64,000 nucleotides of DNA. Origin: PVC group bacterium. GTDB lineage: Bacteria; Omnitrophota; Gorgyraeia; B26-G9. The stretch spans positions 3,112-67,111 of the forward strand of contig JAAEQR010000206.1 in NCBI GenBank assembly GCA_024231215.1, given 5' to 3'. A model generated the notes under the pieces. It was given only the letters and a program-made list of their open reading frames with translations, had not been told where the DNA came from and made no database searches. The stretch's first letter is position 1. Every line of letters starts with the position of its first letter. This document shows, one piece after another, positions 49,698 through 58,639 of this stretch. A program made the position numbers and the translations under genes.

Positions 49698-49973
49698 TTA
49701 ATTAAGAGCGATTACAATTTGTATTTTATTATTTTTATATATTAGTCGTACAGTGTCTTTGTCTGTTTTTTCTTCACCATTATAAAAAGTATAGTAATCT
49801 ACAAGCTTTTCTTTGTCTTTTATGTTTCTGTGTGCTTGATGGCCGCCAAGAAGGCTGATTCTGGGTGTTTCGCTTTGATAGTATTGATATTTCCAGAAAC
49901 CTATTTTGTTTACTATGGCATCAATGTCATATTTTTCGGCTAATTCACATATTTCTGATAGTGTGTATTTCAT
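49698..49973 (-). CDS. small protein, paralog B (91 aa)
   Basis: KIGFWKYQYYQSETPRISL ... KIQIVIA. Tandem paralog of the 49433-49684 gene. Confidence 0.45.
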   Translation of the reverse strand: MKYTLSEICELAEKYDIDAIVNKIGFWKYQYYQSETPRISLLGGHQAHRNIKDKEKLVDYYTFYNGEEKTDKDTVRLIYKNNKIQIVIALN

Positions 49974-50191
49974 ATTTCCTCCACAATAATATGAGTAGAA
50001 TTATCTGGTGTGTTATACCAGAAAATAACCTTTTTCCCTTTGTTTTTTTGTAGTGCTATAACGGTAAAGCTATGATTCATGTCGACATTAGACAGTAACT
50101 GTATACCTCTAGGTTCTCCAAGTTTTCTGTTTTTGTTGGCTTTTTTAACTGCTTTGTGAATCATTCTTACTTTTTGGGCGTATGATATCAT
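49970..50191 (-). CDS. small hypothetical protein (73 aa)
   Basis: ATGA overlap with the downstream gene. Confidence 0.4.
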   Translation of the reverse strand: MISYAQKVRMIHKAVKKANKNRKLGEPRGIQLLSNVDMNHSFTVIALQKNKGKKVIFWYNTPDNSTHIIVEEI

Positions 50192-50390
50192 GATTATCCT
50201 CCTGAAAAATAGATGGTGTATTGTTCAGTTTTTCCAGTAACAGGTTGATTGCATCGTCCACAACCTCAGTCCGGTATGGTGGTTTTTTGAGATATTTTTT
50301 TTCATAGATTCTTCGGATAATCTCAATTTTTGTTTTCGTAACACGCCATACTCTTACATTTGGTAGATTTTTGCTGTTTTTATATTCCAT
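50145..50390 (-). CDS. small hypothetical protein (81 aa)
   Basis: Intact ORF. Overlaps the downstream ORF out of frame. Confidence 0.35.
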   Translation of the reverse strand: MEYKNSKNLPNVRVWRVTKTKIEIIRRIYEKKYLKKPPYRTEVVDDAINLLLEKLNNTPSIFQEDNHDIIRPKSKNDSQSS

Positions 50391-50468
50391 TAGTTTTCCT
50401 TATGATTCCCCCACCCCAACCAAAACAAAAAGGATTGGTGAGGCGGAGGATATGAATTTATTTAGTGA

Positions 50469-50699
50469 TTATTGCACTCTGCAAGCTGGTGTAAGCTTAT
50501 AGCTGTTGAATCCGTTGAGAAAACTGTTTAATTGATCCCTGTTGTTTTTTATCAAGCCTGCTTTGATGGCTTTGGAAGCTGCCTCCCAACAAGAAAAAAC
50601 TAAAGGGTTATTAAGTTTATATTCCTCTCCCCTGGCGTAACACTTGTTAAGCTTGCGTTGCTGTTGTATTGTTGGCTTGTTTTCGTATAGTGTCATCAT
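50469..50699 (-). CDS. small basic protein (about 76 aa; start at MMTLYE preferred)
   Basis: The conserved leader AAAACAAAAAGGAGAAGAATC precedes ATGATG at 50699. The longer ORF start at 50807 lacks an SD. Confidence 0.4.
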   Translation of the reverse strand: MMTLYENKPTIQQQRKLNKCYARGEEYKLNNPLVFSCWEAASKAIKAGLIKNNRDQLNSFLNGFNSYKLTPACRVQ

Positions 50700-50734
50700 G
50701 ATTCTTCTCCTTTTTGTTTTGTTTAGATTATATT

Positions 50735-51208
50735 TTAGCACCCGCAATAATCGTCTTGCGCTCTGCTCTGTTTTTCTTCTAATGTTTCGCCACCATTGTC
50801 CAGCCAATGTGTGGTGTGGCTACATTCCCAACAAGTGTATGTTGGATGTAGCCGCGCAAATACAATGTCCAATTCAATAGATTCAATTATTAGTATCGTG
50901 TTGCAGTCTTTTTGTGATGGTTTTTTTGTGAAAATATAAGTGGTACAATTTATTCCATCAATATCATATCGTATCCACTTTTCCAGGCAATACCGTTTTT
51001 TTCCATCAATTACATATTCGTATAGCGTTTCATTTTCTGCGGCATTGTGCCGAACCTCTTTAACATTGATTTCTTCTCCTATTTTTTTCACAACATCGGC
51101 AAAAAACAGCTCTTCACCGCTGTTACACCCCATATAGCCAATATTATTTTTAATTTTTGAAAGATATTTTTTTGTTCTTTCGTCTGTTTTTGTGTCATTT
51201 TTCCACAT
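50735..51208 (-). CDS. hypothetical protein (157 aa)
   Basis: Preceded by the conserved leader ...CAAAAACAAAAAAGGAAAACGATCATG. Confidence 0.45.
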   Translation of the reverse strand: MWKNDTKTDERTKKYLSKIKNNIGYMGCNSGEELFFADVVKKIGEEINVKEVRHNAAENETLYEYVIDGKKRYCLEKWIRYDIDGINCTTYIFTKKPSQKDCNTILIIESIELDIVFARLHPTYTCWECSHTTHWLDNGGETLEEKQSRAQDDYCGC

Positions 51209-51263
51209 GATCGTTTTCCTTTTTTGTTTTTGGTTTGTTGTTTTAATCTAACAATGATTTATA

Positions 51264-51626
51264 TTAGATAACATTTTTTTTAGATTGTCTATTTTCTTCT
51301 ATGTCATCTAATAATTGTTCTGTCACAGACGGAATATCATTAAATTCTACGTGGATATTATTATTGATGTAAATTTCTTCCGCTTCTGTCAATTCCATAT
51401 TATATTTTCTATTTTCAGCATTTTCATACTCTTCTAAATATGTTTCCCACCAATCATAGTTTTCTTGGTCTGACACATATATTTGTTCTTCGTCGTCCCA
51501 TACAAATTGTCCGTCTGAGGTGGCGAGAGTACCACCAATTAAGTCATCACTCCATTCCGTGCCTGTCTCAGGATTAATAATTATCAACTCTTCTGCTTTT
51601 CCGGTCTCTTTGATTTTTACTTTCAT
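51264..51626 (-). CDS. acidic hypothetical protein (120 aa)
   Basis: Preceded by the conserved leader CCCAAAACAAAAAGGAGAAGGATTATG. Very acidic (D/E-rich), a feature often seen in DNA-mimic proteins, but unproven here. Confidence 0.45.
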   Translation of the reverse strand: MKVKIKETGKAEELIIINPETGTEWSDDLIGGTLATSDGQFVWDDEEQIYVSDQENYDWWETYLEEYENAENRKYNMELTEAEEIYINNNIHVEFNDIPSVTEQLLDDIEENRQSKKNVI

Positions 51627-51652
51627 AATCCTTCTCCTTTTTGTTTTGGGTA

Positions 51653-51991
51653 TTAAAATCGTGTATTTTCAAGAATGGCTCCACTGAGGTTAGCTCCCCT
51701 GAGGTTAGCTCCACTGAGGTTAGCTCCACTGAGATCGGCTCCACTGAGGTTAGCTCCCCTGAGATCGGCTCTGACGAAATTAACTCTACTGAGATCGGCT
51801 CTACTGAGATCGGTATTAAAAAGCCGCGCGTCACTGAGATTGGCTCCACTGAGATCGACATTACTGAGGTTAGTTCCTGCAAGGTCAGCATCACTAAGGT
51901 TAGTTTTGTGTTGTACCACAAAATCAGCATATGATATGTTTTCATCAGTTTCCGCAATCACATTGTCTGTATTCCAAATTTGATGTTCCAT
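51653..51991 (-). CDS. pentapeptide-repeat protein (16 x A[D/N]LSG)
   Basis: Read directly: [25 protein letters not shown] ... [10 protein letters not shown]. First gene of the - strand block. Preceded by the conserved leader. Confidence 0.6.
   Translation of the reverse strand: MEHQIWNTDNVIAETDENISYADFVVQHKTNLSDADLAGTNLSNVDLSGANLSDARLFNTDLSRADLSRVNFVRADLRGANLSGADLSGANLSGANLRGANLSGAILENTRF
51681..51905. repeat. 15-bp tandem repeat array (CTGAGGTTAGCTCCA-type) encoding the pentapeptide repeats
   Basis: Periodic nucleotide repeat visible on both strands. It generates multiple overlapping ghost ORFs in the track. Confidence 0.7.
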
Positions 51992-52027
51992 AATATTACT
52001 CCTTTTTGTTTTGGTTTGTTTTGGTTA

Positions 52028-52036
52028 TGCTATAAT
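52028..52036 (+). promoter_or_regulatory. extended -10 element TGcTATAAT (candidate rightward promoter of the terminase/late block)
   Basis: Read directly. No good -35, as is usual for extended -10 promoters. The AT-palindromic context could also serve the leftward direction. Confidence 0.35.
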
Positions 52037-52050
52037 ATATCGCAACTATC

Positions 52051-52082
52051 ATGCCACACAAATGATGCATTATTGTGGCATA
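52051..52082. promoter_or_regulatory. 32-bp inverted repeat ATGCCACA-n16-TGTGGCAT (operator candidate)
   Basis: Perfect 8-bp arms flanking caaatgatgcattat. It lies between the divergent first genes. Confidence 0.45.
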
Positions 52083-52090
52083 TTTGATAG

Positions 52091-52175
52091 GCAATAATTG
52101 CCTGTGTAAAGAATTCCGACGCCTAAAAATAGACTATGTTATAAATCAATGAGTTAACGTGTAAAGAATTCCGAC
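52091..52175. promoter_or_regulatory. direct repeats GTGTAAAGAATTCCGAC x2 (55-bp spacing) plus GGCAATaATTGCC palindrome
   Basis: Copies at 52104-52120 and 52159-52175 are identical over 17 bp and each contains the palindrome GAATTC. Confidence 0.45.
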
Positions 52176-52366
52176 AACGATTAAGGAAAAGTTTACACCA
52201 TCTTTTAAGTATTTGATTTAAAAGAAAATAAATAAAACTATAGACAAAACACATACATTGAAGTATATTAATATAGAGATGTGTTATTTTTTATGATGTG
52301 AAAAAAATATGGGGAAGGGGTGGAATAATCAACCACCCCTTATTATAATGTAGAGTAGGAGTTTCG

Positions 52367-52636
52367 ATGGGTAAGAGATGGCATGCGTGGGACAAACAGC
52401 CCTTGTTTCAGGTCAAAACGCCTGATGGCCATGAATATAATATACACTCTAATGGCGAAGTAGAGGGGTTTCCTGCCGGTCGAGATATCTGCAATTGTAT
52501 CCCAATGTATCGTTTAGAAATAATTAGGGAGTATGGCCACAATTCATTAGGGTTGGTTAAGTTGTCTCGTTTATTAAAGGAAATATTTAAGCGTTTGCGT
52601 TGGATGATCCGGCGCAGCTTTAATAATAAAGAATAA
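52367..52636 (+). CDS. hypothetical protein (89 aa), first gene of rightward block
   Basis: SD GTAGGAGTTTCGATG. Confidence 0.4.
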   Translation: MGKRWHAWDKQPLFQVKTPDGHEYNIHSNGEVEGFPAGRDICNCIPMYRLEIIREYGHNSLGLVKLSRLLKEIFKRLRWMIRRSFNNKE

Positions 52637-52662
52637 AATACATTATATAAGCTAACAGAAAG

Positions 52663-53244
52663 TTGATTAATGTGGCTACAAGAAAGAAAATATCCTCAAG
52701 AAAACTAACCCAAATGGAGCTTGCGTTCTGCTATGAATATGTAGCAAACAAGTTCAACGGGAAGCAGGCCGCAATAGCCGCTGGATACAGTGTAAAGACA
52801 GCAGAAGTACAAGCATCGGACTTATTAAGTAGACCTAAGCTGAAACTCAAGGTAAAGCAGCTCACAGATAAGTATCTAAAAAAGGTAGAATATACCGGCG
52901 AATCCATTCTAAACGAATTAGCAATATTAGGGTTTTCTGATATGAATGATATGTTAAACGAGGATGAAAATGGTGATTTAACATTGAAATCATTAAAAGA
53001 TATGGGATATAACACACGGTGCATCCAACAATTGGAAATAACTAATACAACGCGATCATTTAAGGACTCCACAGAGACCCAAACAGACCAAAAAATCAAA
53101 TTTAAGCTGTATGATAAGAGAGCAACATTAGAATTAATAGGAAAAAACCTACAGCTATTCACGGATAGAATACACCACACAGGTGAAGTGAACAACACAG
53201 TACAAGTATACATTCCTGATAATGGCCGAAATAACAAGGATTAA
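52663..53244 (+). CDS. terminase small subunit
   Basis: Immediately upstream of and overlapping the large terminase. N-terminal HTH-like segment KLTQMELAFCYEYVANKFNGKQAAIAAGYS, typical of small terminase subunits. Confidence 0.5.
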   Translation: MINVATRKKISSRKLTQMELAFCYEYVANKFNGKQAAIAAGYSVKTAEVQASDLLSRPKLKLKVKQLTDKYLKKVEYTGESILNELAILGFSDMNDMLNEDENGDLTLKSLKDMGYNTRCIQQLEITNTTRSFKDSTETQTDQKIKFKLYDKRATLELIGKNLQLFTDRIHHTGEVNNTVQVYIPDNGRNNKD

Positions 53245-55180
53245 ACCGCAGGCCGGCCCTCAAGAAAAGTTTTTATCATCCAATGCAGATATAGTAATAT
53301 TTGGTGGTGCAGCATACGGCGGAAAGTCATTTGGGTTGTTGCTGGAATCAATTAGATATATACAAGATCCACGATATAATGGAGTAATATTTCGAAGGGA
53401 ATCACCACAAATAACATCCGGTGGAGGATTATGGGATACGGCGGGGCAGATATATCCTCATGTGGGCGGAATAGCGAACGAGGGGAAATTAAAATACACA
53501 TTTCCTACAGGGGCATACAATAAATTCACTCATTTACAATATGAAAAAGATAAGCTTAATCACCAGGGTGCACAATATGTTTTTATAGGATTTGACGAAT
53601 TAACTCATTTTTCAGAAACACAATTTTGGTATCTGCTCACACGTAACCGCCCACCATCAGGATGTAATATCAGGCCATATTGTCGATGTACAACGAATCC
53701 GGAGGCTGATAGTTGGGTAAGAGAGCTAATAATATGGTGGATTGATGAAAACACAGGGTATGCTATACCTGATAGGTCTGGAATTGTACGATATTTTACG
53801 CGAATTGACGAAGAAATCATATGGGTGGATAAGGATTGGACAGATGAAAGCGGAAATAAGGCAAGGTCTATTACATTTATACCTTCATTTTTAGAAGATA
53901 ATCCATTGGGTATAGCTGCTGACCCTATGTATCAGAGCAACTTACAAGCACAAGATAAAGTAACACGTGAACGGCTATTGAAGGGAAATTGGAATATAAC
54001 ATATAAGGGTGGAATGATGAATCCAGGCTGGTTTAAGATCCTAGAAAATTTCCCGCCTATGAAATATGTACGGTATTGGGATAGGGCCGCGACTGAGCCC
54101 AAAGACGAAAATGATGACCCAGATTGGACGGTGGGGGCTAAGTGTGGGATGCATGGAGGGGAGTTATATATAGAGGATATAGTCCGTTTCCGTGATACTC
54201 CAGCCCAAAATGAGGAAAAAATATTAAATTGTGCGGATAATGACGGCTATGATGTGTCTATTGGGTATGAAATAGAACCTGGAAGCGCTGGCGTTGAAGT
54301 CGCCGAACATTATCAAACTAAGATATTGAAAGGTTATACGGTAATATTAGACAGGCCAAAAGGTAATAAAGTGGAGCGGTGTAAGCCCTGGGCGGCACTT
54401 GCGGAACATGCACATGTATACATCAAAAAAGCCGCTTGGAATAGGCAATTTCTTGCTGAAATAGGCAGTTTTCCACTTGAAAAAAAAGACCAAGTAGACG
54501 CGGTGTCCGGTGGATATAAGATGCTGACAAGAGATAAGTATATTTTTCCAGCATTTAAATTGTCGGATACAAAAAAAATAACAATAGAATGGGAACCCAA
54601 GAAAAGTAAGGCCCATATGCACCATTACGGAGCAATGGTACAACTGCCGGACATGAGCCTGTGGATGCTGGAGGTGTTGTATCATGCAATTGATAACAAA
54701 ATGTATGTATATGGGTGCTGGAAAACCAATAATCCGGCTCCTGCGCTGGTTGTGCCTGTGATAATTAGCAGAATGCATCTCAAAGAGTTCATGATTAAGC
54801 GCTTGTTGGTCTCAGATCACATAATGCATGCCATAGCGCCAAAAAAAGCACCGTATTATTTTTACCGCAAGGAATTTATCAAGAAAAAATGTAGGCCGAA
54901 ATTAAGTGAAAGTATATTATACGATGAATCAGGCTCAATTGTGATGGCTACTGAAATGTTTATGAGGCAGCAAATAATATTTAGCCATGAAGCTAAACCA
55001 GCAGCACAGCAGGTGTCGGGCTGGACAATTGACAAGGGGAAGCCGTCTAAGGAGAACAGTGCGTATTGCGAAGGCCTGCTAATGATTATATCAGAGCTGA
55101 AAAGGATGAGAATAATACAGAAAAAGCCACCCAAACCAAGGGATTATAAAATAGTTAGAACAGTTGCAAGAAATTTTTAA
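53222..55180 (+). CDS. terL: terminase large subunit
   Basis: Walker A-like ADIVIFGGAAYGGKSF near the N-terminus. Walker B-like FIGFDELTHF. 652 aa with a C-terminal nuclease-sized domain. Confidence 0.75.
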   Translation: MAEITRIKPQAGPQEKFLSSNADIVIFGGAAYGGKSFGLLLESIRYIQDPRYNGVIFRRESPQITSGGGLWDTAGQIYPHVGGIANEGKLKYTFPTGAYNKFTHLQYEKDKLNHQGAQYVFIGFDELTHFSETQFWYLLTRNRPPSGCNIRPYCRCTTNPEADSWVRELIIWWIDENTGYAIPDRSGIVRYFTRIDEEIIWVDKDWTDESGNKARSITFIPSFLEDNPLGIAADPMYQSNLQAQDKVTRERLLKGNWNITYKGGMMNPGWFKILENFPPMKYVRYWDRAATEPKDENDDPDWTVGAKCGMHGGELYIEDIVRFRDTPAQNEEKILNCADNDGYDVSIGYEIEPGSAGVEVAEHYQTKILKGYTVILDRPKGNKVERCKPWAALAEHAHVYIKKAAWNRQFLAEIGSFPLEKKDQVDAVSGGYKMLTRDKYIFPAFKLSDTKKITIEWEPKKSKAHMHHYGAMVQLPDMSLWMLEVLYHAIDNKMYVYGCWKTNNPAPALVVPVIISRMHLKEFMIKRLLVSDHIMHAIAPKKAPYYFYRKEFIKKKCRPKLSESILYDESGSIVMATEMFMRQQIIFSHEAKPAAQQVSGWTIDKGKPSKENSAYCEGLLMIISELKRMRIIQKKPPKPRDYKIVRTVARNF

Positions 55181-55296
55181 CAAACAAATAGACAAAACAT
55201 ATATTAAGGATTATATTACTATTATGACCACAAAACGCGAATCTAAGCTTTCAATTTTTGGCTATTTTTGGTATTAGAAATTTGGGGTATCCCACA

Positions 55297-55330
55297 GGGG
55301 AGGTTATTCGCGTTTCCTCCCCACTTTTAT
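55297..55330 (+). terminator. stem-loop GGGGAGG-n12-CCTCCCC followed by ACTTTTAT (weak terminator/attenuator)
   Basis: Perfect 7-bp GC-rich stem after the large terminase. The T-run is short, so partial termination at most. Confidence 0.3.
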
Positions 55331-55343
55331 AAGGAGATGTGAC

Positions 55344-55547
55344 ATGTATTTTGTGTATTACGGTGGCTCCGGAGAGGTAAGCGCATTGATAAATTTCGAG
55401 ACAATGTCAGGGGCTACTAATTACATCGAGGGAAAAATAGAGCAGGGACACTATTTGTCCGACTTTGTTGTGATATGTGGAAGAAGAAAAAAACTGAGAA
55501 TGGAGCCAGTTATAATTAAAACGGGAATAGAGATAGTAGATGAATAA
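55344..55547 (+). CDS. small hypothetical protein (67 aa)
   Basis: SD TAAGGAGATGTGACATG. Confidence 0.35.
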   Translation: MYFVYYGGSGEVSALINFETMSGATNYIEGKIEQGHYLSDFVVICGRRKKLRMEPVIIKTGIEIVDE

Positions 55548-55902
55548 ATCACCAGCAATAAAAGTAAAGCCCAATATATGGGATAGCAAAGAGTTTGAGA
55601 AGCCCTACCACGGGGCAAGGAGAAATAGAGGGATGCCTAGCGCGATGGAGCCAATACAGGAATATACAGAGCAGGGCCGCAAGAATTTCGACAAGTGTTT
55701 CAAGCAGGAAGACAAGGTAAACAATTGCGGTAAAGTGAAAAAATGTAAGAAAAATTGCGAATATCGCAGCATGAGAACTGAGAGCGAGTGTGCGTGGTAT
55801 ATTGATATTGACAAGTGCGATACGAAGAAAGTAAAGAAGCCTAAACTACTAAAGGTAGATTACAGGCCGCCACTAACGGGAATGGGAATATATGATAAAT
55901 AA
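55540..55902 (+). CDS. Cys-containing basic protein (120 aa)
   Basis: Intact ORF, ATGA overlap. CGKVKKCKKNCEYRS ... C..C. Confidence 0.4.
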   Translation: MNKSPAIKVKPNIWDSKEFEKPYHGARRNRGMPSAMEPIQEYTEQGRKNFDKCFKQEDKVNNCGKVKKCKKNCEYRSMRTESECAWYIDIDKCDTKKVKKPKLLKVDYRPPLTGMGIYDK

Positions 55903-56269
55903 GAAAGATATAAATGTATTAATCAGAGATCCACTACCAGGAAGATCTTTTCGCTGGCCTATTACATATAAGGAGAAAGAGATTGGAACGATATTATTTA
56001 ATTGTTGGCCCAAAGAGTCGGATTCAAAAATAATTACTGGGGTGAGGAAAGAAGCTAAGATGATGTGTACATTGGAACATATTGAGGTGTTTGAAGAGTA
56101 TAAGCGGCAGGGAGCTGCATACAGGGCTCTTGTGTTGTGGCTTCCCGGCTTTGATCGAGTTGACACACGGGCGAACTCATGGGCAGCCATGAAGCTAATT
56201 GTAAAAGCTGGTTTTCGCACAGGAAATAGTGTGGATTATATATGGGAGAGAGAAAAAAAAGATGATTGA
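55892..56269 (+). CDS. possible GNAT-type acyltransferase (weak)
   Basis: VFEEYKRQGAAYRALVLWL resembles GNAT motif A. Low certainty. Confidence 0.3.
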   Translation: MINKKDINVLIRDPLPGRSFRWPITYKEKEIGTILFNCWPKESDSKIITGVRKEAKMMCTLEHIEVFEEYKRQGAAYRALVLWLPGFDRVDTRANSWAAMKLIVKAGFRTGNSVDYIWEREKKDD

Positions 56270-56501
56270 TGAGCGTATATATAAAAATGCGTATAAGCCC
56301 TATGATATCGTGACCAACGAAATCGGAGACGTGGGAGTTATAACAGAGACCAGTGTGGATGAATAAACCTGTTGGTGGTAGAAAAAATCCCGCATATTTT
56401 TGTGTTCGTGATTCAGAAAATTATTATTCATCCGGCATGGGCTGGACAATACCTGTTGACACAGAAGGTCTCATTGTTGTTACATTAAGAGAGGTGAAGA
56501 A

Positions 56502-56795
56502 GTGAAAAGTAGTACCATAACAATAGTAGAAACCGCTGATTATCCGGAAAGCTATGTGGAATTTGTCGCGTGGGTTACTAAGTGGGTTCGGAAAATACCA
56601 GAGGAGTATTTAAATAAGGCAGAAATATCATTTAACCAAACAGCCTGGGATGGTGTAGCAGTTGAAATATATTACAAAAACATGGAGATTGAAGAAGCAA
56701 ATAGGCTAATAAAGAAGTTTGAAGTAGAGGAAAAAGAGATAGCTGAATATCTTAGGCTACGTGAAAAATACAAGTACCATAGGAATTTAGAGTGA
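56502..56795 (+). CDS. hypothetical protein (97 aa)
   Basis: SD GAGAGGTGAAGAAGTG, with GTG or ATG start uncertain. Overlaps the next gene. Confidence 0.35.
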   Translation: MKSSTITIVETADYPESYVEFVAWVTKWVRKIPEEYLNKAEISFNQTAWDGVAVEIYYKNMEIEEANRLIKKFEVEEKEIAEYLRLREKYKYHRNLE

Positions 56796-57658
56796 AAACA
56801 GCAATAACAACATTAGTAAGCTCAGATAAGTTTCAACATTATCTACCACTATATATATATGTAGTACGCAAGGAGTATCCTGAGTATTTTCTAAAGACAT
56901 TTATCACGGGAAAAATTAATCCATTAGTTGCCAAGGCGCTTGATTATCTAAGGAGCCAGGGGGTGCGGTTTGATGAGCCCATAGAGGTATTTAAGGATAT
57001 TAAGCTAATTGATTCCACTGCTAACAGCTTAAGGTTCTTGACAAGTGAGAGATATTTTGAGGGCATGGATAATGTAATATATACCGATGCTGATTTGTTA
57101 TTGTTTCGAAATAGCCCCACATTAGAACAATGGCATATCAAAAGAATGAAAAAAATGAAAACATGTTATGCAGGACATCACGGGCCTTGGAGGAAAAAGT
57201 ATAGGCCGGAAATATCTAAGGCAGGTTGGAGGGGCAATTTTGAGCGGGTTTCAGCAGGATTTGTCATGGTTACACAGCAATGGTTTAAGAAGACGAGAAA
57301 AGCCAGGAAATCCTTTTTGAATAAAGCTAAGAAGGGTAAATTAGGAGGGTTCAGGGAATTTGATGAGGTTATGTTGGGGTGCATTGTGAAAAGCTCTGGC
57401 CTTCCTATGCCTCCATTTAGGTTTTGTAAGAAGCAACGGGGAATCCATCTGGGAGATTTTAAAAAGCAGATGAGTCGTAGATTTACAAGAAAAAAGAAAA
57501 TGAAAAAATGTGTAGCACCTCAACCAGTATTACAATTTCAGGCCTTGGAAAAGGACCCTATTTGGGTTGGGGTGCTAAGGATAATGGAAAAATGCCCATA
57601 TCTAATGGAAATAATAGATAATGCAAGAAAACGTTTAAGGCGGAGGTTGAAGTATTGA
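56792..57658 (+). CDS. putative GT-A-like glycosyltransferase/nucleotide-sugar transferase (288 aa)
   Basis: VIYTDADLLLF DXD-like motif. Very basic C-terminal tail. Weak. Confidence 0.3.
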   Translation: MKTAITTLVSSDKFQHYLPLYIYVVRKEYPEYFLKTFITGKINPLVAKALDYLRSQGVRFDEPIEVFKDIKLIDSTANSLRFLTSERYFEGMDNVIYTDADLLLFRNSPTLEQWHIKRMKKMKTCYAGHHGPWRKKYRPEISKAGWRGNFERVSAGFVMVTQQWFKKTRKARKSFLNKAKKGKLGGFREFDEVMLGCIVKSSGLPMPPFRFCKKQRGIHLGDFKKQMSRRFTRKKKMKKCVAPQPVLQFQALEKDPIWVGVLRIMEKCPYLMEIIDNARKRLRRRLKY

Positions 57659-57984
57659 TGTTTAGTTTCATGAGCAAAAAAAAGGCTAAAGAAGAGATAA
57701 AATCTCTGGTGAAAGACTGGGGTGACATCAGAGGTAAAGAGATAAAAAAATGGTTGAAAGACGAGCTTGAACTTTTATTTGGGTGGGGTGAAAGTGGCGA
57801 CTATTACGATTGGGACAACGACGGTGATTCAAAAATAAAAAGAATAATGTTTAATATATTTGATGAAAAGTTGGAAAAGGCACTTAAAAAAGCTGTTGAA
57901 AAACATATTAACGGTGAAGAGTTTGTTGATAAAATTATTGAACGTATTAACAGAAAGCAGTTGGGAAGGAAGAGATGGGAATAA
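57655..57984 (+). CDS. hypothetical protein (109 aa)
   Basis: ATGA overlap. K/E-rich. Confidence 0.4.
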   Translation: MMFSFMSKKKAKEEIKSLVKDWGDIRGKEIKKWLKDELELLFGWGESGDYYDWDNDGDSKIKRIMFNIFDEKLEKALKKAVEKHINGEEFVDKIIERINRKQLGRKRWE

Positions 57985-58256
57985 AAAGCGAAACTGAATG
58001 CCCTAAGTGTAGGGCAACGTATCATAACATAAAGCATATAAGAAAAGCAAACAAAGTAATGATTGTATGTTCCGATTGTGCCTATGAGTGGAGTGTATCT
58101 GCGCTGGACAAAAAAGTTATAACAGAGGAAGCGGCTATAAAAATAATAAGCAAAAGCGATTTAGCAGAAATGAAAGCAATTGTGTCGGAAAATATGGTGG
58201 AAAAAATTGTAGATGTAATGCTGAATAAGATTATCGGTTTGGTAGACGACGAATGA
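57975..58256 (+). CDS. small zinc-ribbon protein (93 aa)
   Basis: CPKC...(19 aa)...CSDC motif. Confidence 0.4.
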   Translation: MGIKSETECPKCRATYHNIKHIRKANKVMIVCSDCAYEWSVSALDKKVITEEAAIKIISKSDLAEMKAIVSENMVEKIVDVMLNKIIGLVDDE

Positions 58257-58639
58257 TACAACAAAAACCAAAAACAGCCAAGGGGTACTACTACTATCAT
58301 AGATTGATGTGGAGTAGGCTGGTTAAGGAGATGGAAAAGGGGAAAGTTCTTGACACTGGCTTAAAATACAGTGTATGGAATAGTTTGTTTGATTTTGATG
58401 GCGAGGAGTGCAATCACTGCTTTGCTTGCATGTGGAAAGATGATGATGTGACGGTTCGGGAGTATGTGTACTATATCGCCGAAGATGGCGATTGTGAAGA
58501 TGAGTGTTTGTTGCATTATACGCCAGAAGATGGAAAGTGCTTAGGTGGATTATACGAAGCAGCAACCGGAGTAAGTCAATACAGAATAGAAGCGGCTAAG
58601 GAAATACGTGATTTACCTATGAAGGATAAGTGGAAATGA
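58253..58639 (+). CDS. Cys-rich hypothetical protein (128 aa)
   Basis: CNHCFAC...CEDEC. ATGA overlap. Confidence 0.4.
   Translation: MIQQKPKTAKGYYYYHRLMWSRLVKEMEKGKVLDTGLKYSVWNSLFDFDGEECNHCFACMWKDDDVTVREYVYYIAEDGDCEDECLLHYTPEDGKCLGGLYEAATGVSQYRIEAAKEIRDLPMKDKWK

Noticed and set aside
51641-51983. + strand ORFs 51641-51934 and 51675-51983 plus - strand ORF 51574-51957
   Set aside because: Ghost frames generated by the 15-bp repeat. Only the 51653-51991 (-) frame gives the canonical A(D/N)LSG pentapeptide and fits the leader motif.
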